Source of the DNA: Hydrolagus affinis
Taxonomy: Eukaryota
Length of the DNA: 64,000 bases
Reading direction: 5' to 3'
Assembly (NCBI GenBank): GCA_012026655.1
Contig: JAAILG010000030.1
Span: 62,001 to 126,000, forward strand
Below the pieces are notes generated by a model. The model did not search any database, was not told where the DNA came from, and saw only the letters and a list, made by a program, of their open reading frames with translations. This document shows, in pieces, positions 52,062-62,986 of this stretch (its first letter is position 1; each line of letters opens with the position of its first letter). The position numbers and the translations under genes are program-made.

Positions 52062-52502
52062 GTGAGTATATGTTGTGGTGTGTATGTGGTACATGTATAA
52101 GTGTAAATGTAGAAATCAGCTATTTTCATAATTGTAGATTTCCATGCTTTTCAATGCACAAGGGAGGCATTTTGGAGATTTGAGTATATGTCCACTTTTC
52201 CCATTATTCTTAAGTCAGGCAAAGAATATTCCACATGGAGAATCATGTTCAGTCTGTTTGCCTTAATGCACAGAAAGTATCTTTTGCTGTATCAGTGTTT
52301 CACCACCTGATTTTTCGTAACGTTATCCTCTTCATCTGCCTGAAAACAATTGCCTGTTTGTGTTAAATTCTGAGCACATTTAAGCAGCGGACTTGTGCAG
52401 TTGGAATGAGAATATCTAAATCCATTTCATAGGCCCTTCACGACCAACACAAACACTTTAAAAAGCATGCCCTTTAAATTTTTTCTATGCTTGTGTGTGC
52501 AG

Positions 52503-52670
52503 TTATTACACAGTGAGGATGTTGTGGCGGAACTGAAGAGCAAGTTAGCAGATGTTAATGAAGAGTCAGCCCAACAAGCAGTGACTCTCTCAAACGTTAC
52601 TTTGGAGAAGCAGAAGCTGGACACTGAACTCAGTGTCCTTACTGAAAAACACATAACAGCACAGAGTGAG
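52503..52670 (+). CDS. PMFBP1: Exon 12 (56 aa, LLHSEDVVAEL...KHITAQSE)
   Basis: Acceptor ttgtgtgtgcag, donor GAG|gtacgt; 168 nt; ORF 52467..52799. Confidence 0.92.
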
Positions 52671-53318
52671 GTACGTTTGTATTACGTATTTGGTAGCTCA
52701 ACAAGATTCATCTCCTGCATATGTTACATTCTTGAAATTGCATTAAATTTGGTTTGCATTAAGATAGGCTCAACCTCTAATTATGGATCTGACAAATGAA
52801 ATGATTTGAAAGACTGATCTGCATTTTATACGTTTGGCTTTGAAAGGAGACATTTATTCCGTTGGATTGTGCCATCATTTCTAAATACATTATAGTCGGA
52901 AACATCTGTATGCTTACTACTGTATTTTAGTCAATATTTGTTCATTTTATACCTCAGAGGCCACACATTTATGCTAGACATTTTATCTTAGCATTTAAGA
53001 TTGATAGAATTTAGGGAAATGCTTGAATTCGCTTTTAATTTGGAAGCCAATTCTTTTTAAGAGTTGTGAAAATCTGGCTTCTAAATTAAGGCTTATTTTA
53101 AGAATTCTCCATAATTTAGATGTGGTCTTAAATGTTAAGACAAAATATCTTACAGGCGTAAGGCAAGATAACATTCTGGGCCTCAGAATTCCAGGTTACC
53201 TGACTATTAAGCTCTGAAGCTATATTTTTTGACGCTCAGGGCAACATCTCACTAAATTTATTGTGAAATCAAGCTTCACGTTGATTGAATCTCAGAAAAG
53301 TTGTTTGCTTTATGGCAG

Positions 53319-53402
53319 GTTAACACCAGGGATCAAACCATTTTGAAACTGAAATCTGAATTAAAGACTGCTCAGGAAAACGTCAAGAGTGCATGGGAGG
53401 AG
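53319..53402 (+). CDS. PMFBP1: Exon 13 (28 aa, VNTRDQTILKLKSELKTAQENVKSAWEE)
   Basis: Acceptor tttgctttatggcag, donor GAG|gtaagt; 84 nt. Confidence 0.93.
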
Positions 53403-53646
53403 GTAAGTCCTGTAGGCTTACTGATGGATTTCTGCTTTTATCATAATGCCAGGTTTCCCTTTCCTTTTCTTAAGGACCAGTGACTTAATTGGGTTTTAAG
53501 ATGCCTGAAAACTCTATGTTCTTAATGTTAAAACCATTGACTTGAAATTTAACATTGTGCAGAATTTTGAAAAGTTTGGATGCCATTTTCTCATAGCAGA
53601 CACTGCAGATATTCTATATTCGAGCAAAAGACTGTCAACATGCCAT

Positions 53647-53701
53647 TAATAATAAATAATAATCCTTGCATTTGATATAGCGCTTTTCACGTCTTCTAGA
53701 C
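53647..53701 (-). mobile_element. SINE/LINE 3' tail fragment (dominant family)
   Basis: aataatccttgcatttgatatagcgcttttcacgtcttctagac. Confidence 0.88.
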
Positions 53702-53785
53702 TTCACCCTGCATTATGTACATTTACCTCAATGTGACTCACAGATATGTTCCTCTTGTTTTTTGTCATTAATTATCAATACAATA

Positions 53786-53988
53786 TCTTACGCCACACAC
53801 CGAATAATAATCCCTAAAAAAAATTGGTCATTATATTCCACGACTGTTTGTGAGACACTTCTGTGTGCAAATTGGCTGCCATGCTTCGCCCACAAATATA
53901 TAGTCAATTCATTTTACAGTATATTATGTGAAGCACTTTGAGACGTCTAGAAGATGTGAAACGCGCTATATCAAATGCAAGGATTATT
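53786..53988 (+). mobile_element. 5'-truncated SINE (dominant family) with 10-bp target-site duplication
   Basis: Body and tail match 439-744; ttgtcattaa at 53762-53771 and 53987-53996. Confidence 0.9.
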
Positions 53989-54229
53989 GTCATTAAATCT
54001 GCTCCATTATTACTCCAAAATTATGAAGACTAACAAACTGAATTAGTACCTGGTGCCTTAGTTGCTTGCCAAGTATGTATGATTCAAAGATAGTTTGTTG
54101 TTGGTAAGAACACTTATGCGCCAAGTGAACTGAAGATGAAGTTACTCAATTTGTTAGTTGACATTTGTGCTGGCACTCAACTAATCGCAAAGATTTGTCC
54201 ATAAAATTCCACATTGCCTGTGGATGAGA

Positions 54230-54900
54230 ACCCCTATTTCGTTTTGAGAATGATTAACACAGATGTCATTGATCTTGTCTACCTCCTTCATACACTTCCT
54301 GAAATAGTGGGGCAAACCAACTTGGTGCAATTTATAAAATTTATAAAGTGCTGGGAAGCTCCTCCAGGCAAGTTCCCAAGCAGGACATGTCTGTATTCCT
54401 TTCAGTTCAATGGTTCTGTCAAGATGTTCTCTGTCCAGGTCTGGCATTCTGCTAAGCGTAATGTCAGTAAAGAAGGCGTCAAGATCACTTTCCATTGATC
54501 CATACTCTGAGGAGTATAGATGTGAGCAGAATGCTTTCAACTCGGTAGTGATTCTCTCACAGGACGTGATTAGTTGGCCAGAGCTGTCCCTCAGGGCCAA
54601 AATTAGGGTAGAACTGTCCATCACCCTAATAAATCTTGCTTTGACTTCCTTGTCTTCTCCACATGCTTATTACAGTTGATTTTTGATCAAAATAATAACC
54701 ATTCTGTCTTCTCACTTGCTAACCTTTTAAATCTGTATTTCTTCACTATCAATGCCCTTGTAAGATTAGGGCATGTCTGCAATTGAGCTCTCTAACCTAA
54801 ATCATCCTTCCTTTTCTGCCTACTACGTGTGACGTGATCCATCCACTGAGGCAAACTTTAAAGTATTCCAGAAGACTATATGTCTCACTGTCATACAACT
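54230..54900 (-). mobile_element. L1-clade ORF2 linker-region fragment
   Basis: ILALRDSSGQLITSCERITTELKAFCSHLYSSE...DAFFTDITLSRM...LDRTIELKGI, typical of the L1 endonuclease-to-RT tether. Confidence 0.75.
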
Positions 54901-56561
54901 AGGCATTATTCTGAATGTATTCTGATTTCCTGAAATACATCAAGGTAGATAGTGTGGGACCTTGACATACTGCAGATAGTTATGGTAGCATATGTGTCCA
55001 TGAGGTGAGGTAACGCTAGTTTCTGGAGTAACTATTATGAACTAGAATAAGAAGCTATCCTTCCTTCTAATTGAGGTATACCATGGTATGTATATCATTT
55101 ATGCCAAGTATTGGGCTGTAGATGTTGGCAGAAGTACTTCAAATAATAATGCACAATTTGTTGACATTTTCTCCCCCACAAAACACAGGAAAGGTTTGTT
55201 ATGAGATTCAGAACTGGAAAAAAAAATAGGGCTTTGGCATTTGTGTGAGGGGACAGATATTATCTAGTTTTAAGATGGCACAGCTGCCCACTTCATAAGG
55301 TAAGTATCACTCTTGTCATTGCTCAGGTCACAGTGAAGGATGACAATGTAAGGATTATTATTATTATTTAACCTTTCCCAAACAAGAAGTTGGTGTCTAT
55401 GGCTGTATCCTTACACTTTTTTGTGAGCTCTTTATCTCTGAGGTGACATAAAGGAACAAGAGCGATCTCGTGTGTCTCAAACTTCAACTTGTTTTTATAC
55501 CAGTTCCCCCAACTTGTACATTTTTATCTCATTTGTGGTACCTGAGCCCATTTGCTATGGAATTTCTTGTCTTATTTGATTATTGGCAAGGTTTATTTAT
55601 GTGAGTTTTCCTCAAACTTCAAGAGAAATACAAAAAGCAAGTGTATAGTTTCCAGAATCCACTCTTTCAAGTTGATGTAGATCAGAGACCTCAACAACTC
55701 CTAAGATACCCACTGATTGCATTCCTGTAACACTGCTCTTCCAACTCTACCCTTCACATTCACGAAGGGTTTTTCTTTCCAGCCTTCAGATTAATGGCTC
55801 TCCACAATCCCTGTTTAATTTGGAATTTAATCCCGTGATCTCTGCTTTGTGAAGCTAATATCTGGAGCTCTACTGCAAGAAAGACAGAACCTGTTTTCTC
55901 CTAACTTGTGATGGCTCTTTTTGCTGTTTCAGTGGACTATTCTACACATCTTAAATCATTGAGAAATATTGTCTTTAAATTACCTTAGAAGCTGGTGTTG
56001 TCAAAGCAGCATTGCATCTCTCAAACTCTGTCAGATAGTAACTTTAAATTTCATAAGTAGTACAAATAATTGATATGAAATGACATCTTCCCCACCCTGT
56101 GGATTTGGCTGAAAATTTTTATGTAGGAATTTTTTTAGTTAAATGACAGGTTCTGAAAGCAGCAGCATATAATAGTATCGCCTTTTTCTTGTGCATTGTA
56201 CATTTGTGGCTTTATTTATTTATTTGTTTATTCAATTATTCATTCATTTCTTTTATTTATTCATAAGTGTACTGCGTTTGGGAAGCTCATTATAGTCCAA
56301 GGGCATGTTTCCAAAAAAATGCCTATGTGACTTGTTTGTAATTATTCTTTGATCAGACTAGAAAAGTTACTCATTGTAAAATTGAAGGTCTTCCAGAAAA
56401 AGTAAGGTTTCTGATTATAGCCGAGTTGCTATCAAGTTTGATCCTACCTATTAATGATGTTAAATATAACACATTTTCAGCCACCGCCTTGAGTCTTGCC
56501 CATCATATATCTCATACCTTTTATATTCTTCTTCTTTACTACATTATGTGAGTTGAATATA

Positions 56562-56657
56562 TTTTTCCCACAAAATACTCAGTCAATTCACTTTACAATC
56601 TCAAAGACGTGATAAAGTGCTATATCAAATGGAAGGATTATTACTATTATTAATAAT
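56562..56657 (+). mobile_element. Internally deleted SINE 3' fragment
   Basis: cagtcaattcactttaca joined to aagacgtgataaagtgctatatcaaatggaaggattatt. Confidence 0.75.
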
Positions 56658-57660
56658 ATCTAGTTTTTGATTAACGCTAAGAGTAATGGTAGGATTTTAA
56701 AAATTCCTTTCTTCATTTAAATTCTAAAATGTAAAACTTTATATGCGTTCTCCCTGCCACCCCCTTGTTTTCCAATCTGTTTGTTTTCTTCCTTATTCCC
56801 ACTTTGTCTTTTTTATTGTAACTTTTCTTTAAACAATTTCCTCCTTGCTTTTTCTCGCTGACTTGACTTGTCTTGTGAATGACTGAAAATCTATTTCGTT
56901 CCTCCTTGCCAAAACACATCTTTTGCTTGAGGATTGGCTGAATACCAATGGATTTCAAATCAAAGAGGTTTCTTTATCTCCTCGCCTCACAATGCGAAAC
57001 AAGTATTTTATCGCAATCCATGAGTTTTAAAAAACCTTAACCTATTTGAACCTATTCATTAAACATTATCAAACAAAAATGTTCAGGGAGGTTAACATAA
57101 ATGCTAATCTTTCTAATGTATGTATAGGCTGAGGGGCTGGGGGAGGTCATTACATGTTGTGTCAAAAGATAATAATGAAAAAAAGTTCGGCAATATGTAT
57201 ATGTAATTCTTATCTACCTTCAGGGCAACCAATCAGGCTCCTTTAATGACATTGTTATGCATCAGTGTTTCCCCTGTCAAAGTGCTTGTGTATATGAAAG
57301 TATTAGCAAATGTTATTGAAGAAGCATAATTGTGGATCAAGAGTTGACAAAAGCAAAGATGTTGCAATACAGCAAGAGACTAAATACAAGCCGTGGGTTG
57401 TTGAGTTTAGACCAGAGATTCATTTTATTGCTGTTATAAAGGACTTATTTACCACAAGAGTGAACCTGCTTATTCATTCAATTAGTACATGTACTTGCCA
57501 TTTTAATATATCATGTCCACATTTTTAAAGATAATATTAATTGAAGTCACTATGTATTGTTAGAGAATTCCAAATGGCTGGTAATATTGTAGGAATGGAA
57601 ACTTTTGACTTCACGCCTTCAGTTTCTCTTGGTGTTTTGGTCAAAAATCCCCCAGAACAA

Positions 57661-57837
57661 AATGGCCATTCACTTCATGGCTGTTTGTTGGACATTGCTG
57701 TGTGCAAATTGGCTACCACATTCACCTACAGATACAGACAGTACAATTTAGAGGAAAGTCCCATTAAGTACTTTGGGAAGTTTTGAACATGTCATAAGGC
57801 ACTATATCAAATGCAAGGATTATTATTTATTATTATT
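57661..57837 (+). mobile_element. Older Deu-type SINE 3' half
   Basis: ggctgtttgttggacattgctgtgtgcaaattggctacc...ggcactatatcaaatgcaaggattatt. Confidence 0.75.
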
Positions 57838-58418
57838 GTTAGTATTCACCTGCAATATTTGAATTATAAATATTTACAGAGATGTTTATATAAAGCACAT
57901 CTCAAAATGCTTCACAAATTTGTACTCAAATTTGTCTGTATACCAGGAAGTAGGAAAACATAATTGCGTATTAAAGAGAACGTTGAAAATTTGGTACCAA
58001 GGGGGTTAATTGGCACGATTACAACTGGAAACTGTCACTCGCTTCCTATCTTCTTCATCTGACCTTTTATCTTTCAAAATTATAACAATTAAAATTGGAA
58101 TAAAGTGTATTCATTTCTGTCAGTCTTATGTGGGAAAAATTACGTGATATTTCAAAATGATTTACATGAACTTTTCTCTCATATTGAAGCAACCGGCATG
58201 ACATTAATTTTTAATGATTTCTTTCTGCTTCATTTGGAAAGAGATTGTGGCAACGCATTTTACAGGTAATCAAGCGTATAGCCCTGTACAAAATAATAAG
58301 CAGTATGCCGACAATTTAAAAAAAAAGAGTAAAAAAGGTTGAGGTCAGTGACTAAAGGTGAAGCGGTAATGTATTCATTGCTGGCAAATTACTGGGACAT
58401 TTGCTTTCTTTCCTCTAG

Positions 58419-58430
58419 CTTAGAAAACAG
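58419..58430 (+). CDS. Candidate 12-nt microexon (LRKQ), phase 0-0
   Basis: tttgctttctttcctctag|CTTAGAAAACAG|gtatgt: strong acceptor and donor 12 nt apart, TGC about 15 nt upstream; no transcript evidence. Confidence 0.3.
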
Positions 58431-61400
58431 GTATGTTTAATCATCCAGGGATATTGGAATTCTGATTGACCAGCACTCTCCTAGAAAAGTGTTTCTTAAT
58501 TTTGATTGATGAAGCGGTTTATCTTAGACATTTTTTTCCACTCTGCATCATGAAAATGATATTAGAAACTAAATGAGATTCAGAATTTCCTGTTTGACAA
58601 GCTTGGTTGATGAAAGGGTTCCATGTCAAGGTCTGACACACAAAAATTATATGCAAATACTGTTTGAGCTCCATTCAAAATTAATCAAGGGGCAAAAAAG
58701 CAGACTATCATAGGAGCATGTTCATATTTCTGGCTCATTTTAAATTGCCAAAGGGTGTTTTCAGATTAGTTAGTTTGAGAAATTGGGGTTTGACAACGAT
58801 GCTAAAGCTCGGCTTAGCCGGATTTTTGATGACTAACGCTTTAATTTTCTTTTTCGTCGCAGATTTGCTGGCATTTATTTTTATCCTTGTGTTTTTTAGA
58901 ATTGTTAACATAGTTTTCATGCTCTCTTAATCGTCTCCAAATCAACATTCCACTTTAAATAAATGTATTCTCACTCAGACACCTTCTTTTCATCTTTTGA
59001 AGACTCATTGTATTGCTTTTTAAAATATTAATGGTAATATTCAATGCATATTATAACATAAAAAACAAAAAGATGAAGGGAAATGCAATTTCACTGTTAA
59101 ATATGCCTTAATTGTGCATCATTACAGTACCATCCATTCTATTGTAAGCATATTTTATGTGCTAATATATAAGTGTAATTCTAATTTGTCAAATAACCCA
59201 CGTTTTCCCAAATATGTAGCTCAAGTGGACAAAAAACAAAAGTACAGGTAATAAAATAAGTAGTAGGTACAAAATGGAATTGAATTAATTGGCAGAGATT
59301 TTGGATGAACAAAGGTTGGATAAACCAATTGTGGCAAGACATATAGAACGAATGAAAATAAAAGCAAAAAAAAAAACTGTGTATCCTCATGGGAGACAGA
59401 TCAGTTACTCAAAAACAGATGATGAAACGTAGCTGATACAGAACGTCAACTAAAAATATTGTGGCATTCAACTTTAAAATGTCAATGTAAATAAATTCTT
59501 CTGACTCTTCAAACGCTTGATTAATCTGTAACAAGTAGGGAATATGGAAGGGAAACATTTCACCGGTTACATAGCTTTAGGCTTTTTCTTTATTCTCACT
59601 TTGTTTGCATGTTGAATTGTAGCATGGAACATTCTCGTATGATGTAACTCGGAGTATTTTTAAAGCGCACAGTATAACAGGGTATGCTTTCATTAATGAA
59701 GAATAATGAGCAGCTAAACCGTATTGAAAAAGTAGGGCATCTTTATCTCTGAAGACACTTACCAGTTCTAAATAGCAGAATAAGCCTGTACGCTACATAT
59801 CAAATTACTTTAGCCATTTATCCTCCCAGATTTTTCATTTGCAATGTTGTAATGCAATGTCCATTTGCTGTGAACTACTAACAGAATCATGTGAAAGATG
59901 AATGCTTCAAATGTATTGAATTATGCGCTTGATAAATAACGCATAGTGAAGCTCAGTGAAATAAAACTAAATACAAGTAGAATCATTATATTTAGAATTA
60001 AGATAATCATCGTTTTGAAGACATCTTTGCTAATCAGAGTAAAAGAGTAAACTTTAATTTAAACTAATCTATTTTAAGATTCCTAAGCATGGTCTGTAAA
60101 CCCATGGCCCACTTTTTCCTACTTTAACTCTCCCCTCTTTTGCAGGACTGAGTCACTTTGGGTTACATATTAATCACGGGTTGCCACTCACTCAGCCCAG
60201 CCCAAGAATCAAGCCTAAAACCTCCTGATCCATGCACTACTTTTTTTATGCTGATCTAATATAATCTGTGAATAACACATAGGGCATACATTTTAATGCC
60301 TTCGTGCAAATTTTATTTTTAATTGTTATTCATGTTTTATTAGATCTCAACTGGCTTAAAATTTGTGTATATAATTAATGGGAGGGGATTTCAAACACAG
60401 CAGATCTTGTGAAGGGAAAGGGATCTTGACTCTATCAAGGATTTTTGTATACCTAGTCATCTATATCTTAGTTGCAGAAGGGTGATATTGAAGGAGGTAA
60501 CTACTGTTCTCTTCCTGATCATAGTCGTCTTTGATAAAACAAAGAGTGACCTAGGGAACTTTCTCTCACTCCTCTGGCAGCACTACTTTGCGCGGAGCCA
60601 CACACGAGTAGCTCAGGGTGACTCCATCTGTCTGTTACAATTCCACTCAGTGTCGAACTTTAATGGCACAGCCATTACTAGAAATTTACCTTCAACATTC
60701 CATCAGACAGTTTGCTGTTTAGAAAAGAGAGAATATACACTGAGGTGAATTGTGGGTGTGATCCCTCATGCTCCTCCTCCATATATAATTAATGAGGTGT
60801 GATTTGTGAGTGGGGTAGCACAATTTCCTCTTTCTCCACAGAGATTATCCTATTTCCCCTACTCCTGTGTTATTTGTTTGGGTTGTGGAGAATAGCACTA
60901 TAATTGGATTTACTCTCAAGGCACTTAATGATGAATAATCCACCGAAATGCACAAAATTTAATTATATTGTATTAAGTTTTTTTTTAAATGCTTTCCTCA
61001 TCAATACATAGTCAATGAATGGAAGCTTCAATTACCAGTGTCCTGAAGGCCGTGCTGTTTTGCTTAGTATATATGATTGACAGTCATTTGCAAGAATGCT
61101 TTGGTTGCCTACATGGAATTATTTAAAAATGCAAACTTTCAAACAGTGCTGAAGGGGGTTACTAACAGATGCCACTTGATCACTATCTGATATGAAGAGT
61201 GACAACGGAAAATGGGGCGTTGCACAAGTTGACTTTATGCCACAATATTGTCATCCTTCACTGTGACCCGAGCAACACATTAAATATTGGTAATAGTACC
61301 TGTCCTCTCTTGGATCTGAGAATGGGCACATGTCATTTACCTAATTAATTTTCAATACCCCTCCTTTTAAACACAGAGATCAAATATGTACTAAGATTGA

Positions 61401-62620
61401 ATTTTTTGTGAATTCCACAAATTAAATGCTATCTGAAAGATTTGCCATGTATTAAAAGTGCATTACAATAACATTTACATTAAAAGGCTAACAGGTTGTT
61501 GGGATTTAAAGACGTAGATAGATTTAATACTAGCTGATGCATCTACATTTTTGTGGTATAACCTACTCAATCAGCAGCAGTGATAGACAGGGCGATAATT
61601 ATCTCACTCTAAAGATGGCTGTTCCTGGAGGAATAAAACAAAACACATGTCCTGTTATTCTTCATGACTAGAATTTGTTTTAAACACTGACAACATTTAA
61701 TATTTAACAAGCTGATGTTAAGCTGGAATAATATATTCTTTACTGGTTAAAATACATTTTAAGTAGACACTGCTCCCCAAAAGATCCAAGTGTTTTATTT
61801 ATGAATTTCACATTACTCCACCATTTAATGTGTTCATCAACATAAATATGAAGAGTACTGATCATAGATGCACAAAAATCATACTTATGAATGTTGAATT
61901 CTATAGCCTCAAACCTTGTAAAATTGACCTATTCAAAGCAGTATAAACTAAAACGAAAGTGAAATCATGTTGACTGTTCCTCACTTTGTAAGATTCTCAC
62001 ATATTTATACGAAAGCGCCAACCTATATGCTCTCATTTTATAACAGAAACACATTCAGTATTCACAGACATACACATACACAAACACAGATTGACAAGGG
62101 CATTGTTTTTACAAAGTCCTCCTAGGCAACAAACATACACACCAAATCAGTACAGAGTGTTGCTTCTGGTTTTAACATTCATGGTTAACACTGGCATGTT
62201 TGTGTCTTATCCGTGTGAATTGTGCAGAATAAGGACTTAATTTTTATGCTTTGGACAATTACATCAGTGCTGCTGGTGGCTTTCATTTACAGAATTTACT
62301 TGTATTTACTTGACTGAACAACTGAATTATGTTTCTTCTCTTCCCCTCCCCTTTTACATGTGAGCTACAAGCTAAGATTTCTCCATTACGTTCATTCCAT
62401 ATTTGGTCCTTTCCAAATTTACAACACTTTATTTATTCAAAACTGATGGAACTGTTTTGAAAGGAAATTTTCCACAGTTACACCAAGAACATGTCCCAAA
62501 TGACTGCATATTTATTTGAAAGCTCCCCTTCACTGGTACAGATGGTATGTATACGTAGAGTAAGCTGCTGGAAACACAAGGTAATGTGAGACCTTCCAAA
62601 TTGTGCTTGTGCATCCTTAG

Positions 62621-62863
62621 AGTCAGAACCAGGAGAAATCCATGGATCAGCTGCAGAAAGAACTGGAAGCCAGCAAACGGGCACATGAATCGGAAATGGA
62701 CCGCTTCAGCCGTGAAAATGCTCAACTTCAGAAGGAGCTGGATTCTTGTACCAAGGAATTGCAGGAGAGAATGGCCAAAATGCAGCAGTACAAATGCACA
62801 GTGGACGTGCTAAATGCTGACCTGCAGCGCGGACATCGGCTTCATCAAGAGGTGGTAGATGAA
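62621..62863 (+). CDS. PMFBP1: Exon 14 (81 aa, SQNQEKSMDQLQKELEASK...LHQEVVDE)
   Basis: Acceptor gtgcatccttag, donor GAA|gtaagg; 243 nt; ORF 62642..62992; the exon with recognisable PMFBP1 similarity. Confidence 0.93.
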
Positions 62864-62904
62864 GTAAGGCTCACTTTTTTTTCCTGTGTCACGTGTGGCG
62901 CGAT

Positions 62905-62986
62905 CTCGTCACTGTGCTGTCCAGCGCCATCGGACGTCCTTCTGATGTCAAAGGCGTTATACAAGTGTAATTTTGCTGTCGTTGTC
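62905..62986 (+). mobile_element. L2-type 3' tail just downstream of the exon 14 donor
   Basis: cagcgccatcggacgtccttctgatgtcaaaggcgttatacaagtgtaa. Confidence 0.65.

Larger units (their letters stand above)
1503..62863 (+). other. PMFBP1: Partial multi-exon gene (14 internal exons, 643 codons) for a long coiled-coil protein, PMFBP1-like; extends beyond both window edges
   Basis: 14 AG/GT-bounded phase-0 exons join into an uninterrupted E/Q/K/L-rich heptad protein. Exon 14 (ELEASKRAH...LQKELDSCTKELQ...QY...DL...H...DE) matches recalled human PMFBP1 (EFGSSKQCH...LQQELEFHTEELQ...QY...DL...H...DE). The symbol rests on recall, not a search. Confidence 0.7.

Noticed and set aside
54181-54624. 147-aa minus-strand ORF as a nested gene
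   Set aside because: It is an L1 ORF2 fragment that drifts out of frame.
56357-56401. Possible 45-nt phase-0 exon (TRKVTHCKIEGLPEK) with AG/GTAAGG
   Set aside because: Short pyrimidine tract, contains Pro/Gly and has no heptad character.
58718-58930. Hydrophobic 70-aa ORF as a membrane microprotein
   Set aside because: Explained by T-rich composition; no promoter, polyA or splice support.
1503-62863. CCDC18 or myosin/golgin identity
   Set aside because: No segment matched recalled CCDC18 or myosin rod sequence, whereas exon 14 matches PMFBP1; a database search is still needed.
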